A DNA stretch of 36,864 nt from a virus. A program made the translations under genes and the position numbers. Below the pieces are notes generated by a model. That model searched no databases, had not been told where the DNA came from, and was given only the letters and a program-made list of their open reading frames with translations. The DNA lies in the UHGV virus genome UHGV-0204638; one strand, 5' to 3'. The first letter of the stretch is position 1. Every line of letters starts with the position of its first letter. Shown here piece by piece: positions 32,866-36,864 of the stretch.

Positions 32866-35800
32866 TGGCAGAGATCCCAATCATAGCGGTAAAGAGTCAG
32901 TACGATCAAGTACTGGCTTTTTTTAATAATGCAGCTCCAAAGGCGATGCATTTCAAAAACGATCGTCTCCACGAATATGTCAAAGGAAATGCTAGTCAGT
33001 TCACATTTAAAACTGCAGCAAAACATCCAGATTCTCAGTATCTTGTTGAAGGCAATAAACTTGCTTTTCGGTGGAAAAATAAAGACTATGACTTGAATAT
33101 TGTCAAAGTTGTTAGAGACGAAAAAGTCGTTGAGATCACAGCTTATTCAACTATGTTTGAACTTCTGTACGAGACTAGGAGAGAATATACCGGAAATTCA
33201 ATGACTTTCGAACAGTATCTAAATGTTTTTGATCCAGAGCATGTTCTTGTTGTAGGAGTAAATGAAGTCTCTTCAGCTAAAATTTCGAATAAGTGGGAAG
33301 GGACCCAAACAATCCTTGCCAGATTGTTTTCTTTAGCAACTGTATTCTCAGCAGAGCTTGAATTCGTAACAGAATTGAATGATGACTATACCCTGAAACA
33401 AGTTACCTTGAATGTTTATAAAGAATATTCAGATGGACTCAATCAAGGGATAGGTCAAAATCGTTCAGATGTTATATTAAAGTATGGGAAAGGAATAACA
33501 GGCGTTACTAAAACCTCTGATATCAGTGATGGTATCTATACCGCTATATTGGCTTATGGAAAAGACGGTCTTTCAATTAACGACATCGAACGTAATTGGT
33601 ACAACGAAGATGGCAATCTGGAATATTTCACACGAAAAGGACAACCAAGAATTTATGCCCCATTAGCTAGAGATAATTTTCCATCCAACTTATTTGCCAG
33701 TGAAAATGAGCGCTATATTGGTTATGAAGCGGATGATACCGAGTATACTTCGCAGGAAACTTTACTAGGATATATGCTTTCTGAACTCAAAAAGCTAAGT
33801 GCGCCAGAAGTGACCTATGAAATTGATGGCAAATTCGATGTGGATGTAGGGGATACGATCATAGTTGAGGATGACGGCTATAATCCTACATTATATTTAT
33901 CTGTACGTGTGGCTGAAACTGAAAAGAGTCTCTCAAATCCATCTATCCGTAAAGCAGTTATTTCAAATGTGAAAGAATTAAGTTCTGAAATCGATGCTTC
34001 GCTGTTAGCTCAGGTTCAAGCTTTAATTGAAGCGAACAAAACATACAACTTCGAAATCCTTACAAGCAGCGGAATCGTATTTAAGAATGGATTCGGCAGT
34101 ACCACATTAACTGCTCGTGTTAGGGATGGTATCAAGGATGTAACAGATACCTTTAGTCTGAAATGGTATAAAGATGGCACCTTGTTTTCAAATACCAAGA
34201 CAGTGACGATCAATGCTGCGGATATTGAAGAAAAGGCAGTTTTTCGTTTTGAAGTAGCAGATGATTCGGGGAATGTGCGTGGTGGCGCTGAGGTGACAGT
34301 CACTAATATTGACGATGGACAACCAGGAGAACCAGGCGAAACATACTATCCACATCGTGGATATTTGATGGCGGACGGTACATTTATCAAGGTTTATCCG
34401 AATGAGAATGAACTGCCTAATTCGAAAAGCCCGGTTTTTAAGGGCTACCTTGGTGCTACGGTGATTACTGAGATAGTATCAGTTGAAGAGTGGGGGGCCA
34501 CGGATGCGGTAAAGCATACTGTAAGCGGTGGTACAAATGCTACAATTTCAGGAGTTTTGTCTAGTGGAAAGCTTGTCGATGCTAATAAACAATATGTTCA
34601 TAGTATTTTTGTCAAGAATACTGGAAGTAGCTATGTAAGGCTAAATAATAACTTGGGGCAAGCGATTGATGTTTATCCTGGTGAAGTGAAACAAGTTATT
34701 TTTAATCCTAGAGCCAGTGCCGCAGGTACATCAAGTAAGCAGTTTGTTCTATATAGACTAAATGCTTCTGTTACCCAAGAATTTATAGTCTGGCATGCTA
34801 AGATTGAGAAAAGTGAGTTTTCATCAACTTTGTGGGTCCCCACACCAGATGAAGACTACGAAAATGCTTATCCAAAATACGAAGGATTCTATTCAGATAC
34901 GAACCAATTCGGATCAGACAATCCGGATGATTACAAACCATGGACACCATTCATGGGACCACAAGGTGGACAAGGACCTAAAGGAGATTCAGCACCACTC
35001 ATTTCTTTATCAGGAGCAACACAAGCGATCACAGTTGATAAAGATGGAAAGATCACTCCAGCTTCTAGTTTTGCGGTGAACGGAACTGCAGTGAACACCG
35101 CTATCTCAAATTGGACGTATAGTCTAAACGGTGGGAATTTTGGTTCAGCTGTTCCTACAGGAGTTACTCGATCAGGTAACATTGTGACGATCGATCCTAC
35201 AAAAGCTGTATTTGATACGTTAACCATCAAGGCGGCAGATGCGACAGTGAGCGATGTATTCACCGTTTCTAGAATCAAAGACGGTGGAGAAGGGACCCCT
35301 GGCGCAGATGCTTATACTGTGTTTCTTACGAACGAATCCTACACCTTTGCCGGATCAACAACTGCAGCATTAGCTGGATCAACAACAACAGAAGTGATCG
35401 TATATAAAGGCATCAATAAAATTACGCCTACTAGCATTACTGTAGGGACTAAGCCGACAGGACTCTCCTCTAGTGTGAGTGGATCAATAATCACATTAAC
35501 AGCTACAACTGCATTAGTATCGAAAAGCGGTACTGTGCCGATCACAATCACAGCAGATGGCAAAACATTCACGAAGCAGTTTGCTTACGCTCTATCTTTA
35601 CAGGGTGGAAAAGGTGACCCCGGAGATCCCGGCAAAGGCGTATCTGCCGAAGAAATCAGCTATGCTATTTCTCAAGATGGAACAACTCCGCCAACGTCTG
35701 GATGGTCAGGGACAAGACCCACACCTAAAGCGGGCTGGTATATGTGGACACGAACAAGGTTCAAATACACGGACAATACCTACAGTGCTTATTTCTATCT

Positions 35801-36611
35801 TGTCGCTCAACAGGGGAACGATGCGATCGTTATCTCTGATACAGCACCTGCCAATCCAACAAAAGGAACGTTATGGCAAGATAGCAGCGTTGTTCCTCAG
35901 ATCATTAAAGTATTTGACGGCACTGCTTGGAGTATGTGGGGGATGCCTATTGATAACTTACTTGCTACCAACATTCTTTCTGAGAATGGGGTGTTCAAAA
36001 GGTTAGAAGGAGCAGAGATTGTAAATACATTTTCCTATACAGATTCTGGTGTAACTTATACTGGAACTACTACTATGAAAGATGGGAATGTGACTATCTC
36101 ACGAACAGGTTCAGACGGATCAACTTGGACAACCACAATGGATCGTGTACAAGGATTCGTTGATACCTACAAATCTGGTCCTTCCGCACCTTCAAGAGTT
36201 ACTCAATTAGGGCAAGGGAAATTGTATATGGTGGAGTCTGGTGTGGGTGGCTACCTGCCTGCAGCAGCTTTAAACCCTGCAAGTTGGACAAATTTATCTT
36301 ATGCATCAGGATTTACAACAGCAGAAAATAACCCCTGTCAGTATCGGAAAGTTCAATTAGTTGACGGATCTTGGGAGTTGCAACTAAGAGGTCAGATCAA
36401 GCCGACTTCTGGCGATTTCAGTACAACAGCCTCACCAACAGGAGGTATATTACCAGCTGGATTTAGACCAACAAGGAATGAACTGGTACCCGCTGCGGAT
36501 AGCACCAAAAGAGGTGCTCGGGTAGTTGTATTGGCAACTGGGGAAATCCAAATTAACACACCAAATGGAGGAAACTATGTTTCCTTTGGTGGGATAAGGA
36601 TTGCATTGTAG
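32862..36611 (+). CDS. Tail-associated lysin/receptor-binding tail protein (Tal; Prophage_tail endopeptidase N-terminus plus collagen-like Gly-X-Y stretches).
   Basis: 1249 aa after Dit. The N-terminal MAEIPIIAVKSQYDQVLAFFNN is typical of prophage endopeptidase tail proteins. Collagen-like stretches GPQGGQGPKGDS and GGKGDPGDPGKG are present. Confidence 0.7.
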   Translation: MMAEIPIIAVKSQYDQVLAFFNNAAPKAMHFKNDRLHEYVKGNASQFTFKTAAKHPDSQYLVEGNKLAFRWKNKDYDLNIVKVVRDEKVVEITAYSTMFELLYETRREYTGNSMTFEQYLNVFDPEHVLVVGVNEVSSAKISNKWEGTQTILARLFSLATVFSAELEFVTELNDDYTLKQVTLNVYKEYSDGLNQGIGQNRSDVILKYGKGITGVTKTSDISDGIYTAILAYGKDGLSINDIERNWYNEDGNLEYFTRKGQPRIYAPLARDNFPSNLFASENERYIGYEADDTEYTSQETLLGYMLSELKKLSAPEVTYEIDGKFDVDVGDTIIVEDDGYNPTLYLSVRVAETEKSLSNPSIRKAVISNVKELSSEIDASLLAQVQALIEANKTYNFEILTSSGIVFKNGFGSTTLTARVRDGIKDVTDTFSLKWYKDGTLFSNTKTVTINAADIEEKAVFRFEVADDSGNVRGGAEVTVTNIDDGQPGEPGETYYPHRGYLMADGTFIKVYPNENELPNSKSPVFKGYLGATVITEIVSVEEWGATDAVKHTVSGGTNATISGVLSSGKLVDANKQYVHSIFVKNTGSSYVRLNNNLGQAIDVYPGEVKQVIFNPRASAAGTSSKQFVLYRLNASVTQEFIVWHAKIEKSEFSSTLWVPTPDEDYENAYPKYEGFYSDTNQFGSDNPDDYKPWTPFMGPQGGQGPKGDSAPLISLSGATQAITVDKDGKITPASSFAVNGTAVNTAISNWTYSLNGGNFGSAVPTGVTRSGNIVTIDPTKAVFDTLTIKAADATVSDVFTVSRIKDGGEGTPGADAYTVFLTNESYTFAGSTTAALAGSTTTEVIVYKGINKITPTSITVGTKPTGLSSSVSGSIITLTATTALVSKSGTVPITITADGKTFTKQFAYALSLQGGKGDPGDPGKGVSAEEISYAISQDGTTPPTSGWSGTRPTPKAGWYMWTRTRFKYTDNTYSAYFYLVAQQGNDAIVISDTAPANPTKGTLWQDSSVVPQIIKVFDGTAWSMWGMPIDNLLATNILSENGVFKRLEGAEIVNTFSYTDSGVTYTGTTTMKDGNVTISRTGSDGSTWTTTMDRVQGFVDTYKSGPSAPSRVTQLGQGKLYMVESGVGGYLPAAALNPASWTNLSYASGFTTAENNPCQYRKVQLVDGSWELQLRGQIKPTSGDFSTTASPTGGILPAGFRPTRNELVPAADSTKRGARVVVLATGEIQINTPNGGNYVSFGGIRIAL

Positions 36612-36624
36612 AGGAGGAAAGACT

Positions 36625-36828
36625 ATGTTTCGATGGATCAGCATTACCCCCGTTTACTCAGCTGACGGGGAAATTTTGGAATACAACATTGCTGTAGATG
36701 CACAAAATGATCAAAGGGAATCTGCGTATGGACAAATTACTGTTAAACCAGAAGATCTTGATCTAAGTGAAATCAATCGTGTTTCTAAAGCAAAACTCAT
36801 AGAAATGTTAACAGAGGAGCAAGCATAG
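36625..36828 (+). CDS. Small hypothetical tail-region protein (67 aa).
   Basis: RBS GAGGAGG is 8 nt before the ATG at 36625. Confidence 0.4.
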   Translation: MFRWISITPVYSADGEILEYNIAVDAQNDQRESAYGQITVKPEDLDLSEINRVSKAKLIEMLTEEQA

Positions 36829-36864
36829 CGCTTGTTCCTTTTATTTTAGGAAAGCAGGTGGCAC

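Noticed and set aside
34795-36006. + strand alternative-frame ORFs (34795..35079, 35557..36006), and - strand ORFs inside the Tal gene.
   Set aside because: They are embedded in the 1249-aa Tal reading frame, lack an SD, and have odd composition. These are typical spurious ORFs in a long gene.
1-36864. CRISPR array or cas genes.
   Set aside because: No regularly spaced 25-40-bp direct repeats with unique spacers anywhere. The only exact repeats are the two 25-bp att-region copies and short operator motifs.

Overview
The window is an AT-rich temperate siphophage or prophage segment, probably Firmicutes (Enterococcus/Lactobacillus-like codon usage and strong GGAGG-type ribosome-binding sites), read as a circularly permuted or tandem arrangement.

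- **1-2.8 kb:** end of a lysis module. It holds an XhlA-like membrane protein, a holin, two paralogous Amidase_5-type endolysins with different wall-binding domains, and an ArpU-like regulator lying between the two lysins.
- **2.8-6.5 kb:** an unusually long, ORF-poor stretch with terminators, a strong promoter and a degenerate tRNA(CAU)-like element (3273-3349). It is followed by a visibly AT-richer accessory island: one + strand gene converging on a five-gene - strand cassette of small unknown proteins. One of these (J, 4025-4597) has a pyruvate-kinase C-terminal-like fold. The island ends in a 25-bp perfect direct repeat next to the 3' end of a tyrosine integrase.
- **6.5-11.2 kb:** lysogeny module on the - strand (integrase, an Ltp-like superinfection-exclusion protein, an ImmA-like peptidase, a cI-like repressor), then a divergent switch region with three TACTAC/GTAGTA operators, cro, and early genes including an HTH_17 excisionase-like protein.
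- **11.3-14.6 kb:** replication and recombination genes (YqaJ exonuclease, RecT, DUF4373/DnaD initiator, RusA).
- **14.6-18.1 kb:** accessory region. It contains small genes, a - strand XRE-family HTH gene with no canonical start codon (15579-16076), small membrane proteins, the ArpU late regulator, a structured GC-rich spacer, an intact tRNA-Lys(UUU) (17320-17393), and a self-contained membrane-protein gene with its own promoter and terminator.
- **18.1-36.8 kb:** packaging and morphogenesis genes. These are TerS, TerL, portal, MuF-like head protein, an antisense membrane-protein gene (22177-22785), an XkdF-like protease/scaffold, major capsid, connector and completion proteins, major tail protein, two chaperones, tape measure, Dit and a 1249-aa Tal.

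The best candidates for an undescribed system are the five-gene - strand cassette plus convergent gene at 3.6-6.1 kb, which sits in the classic lysin-to-integrase moron hotspot, and the duplicated-lysin/ArpU-like arrangement at 0.5-2.8 kb. All functional calls rest on motif recognition by eye; no database searches were run.
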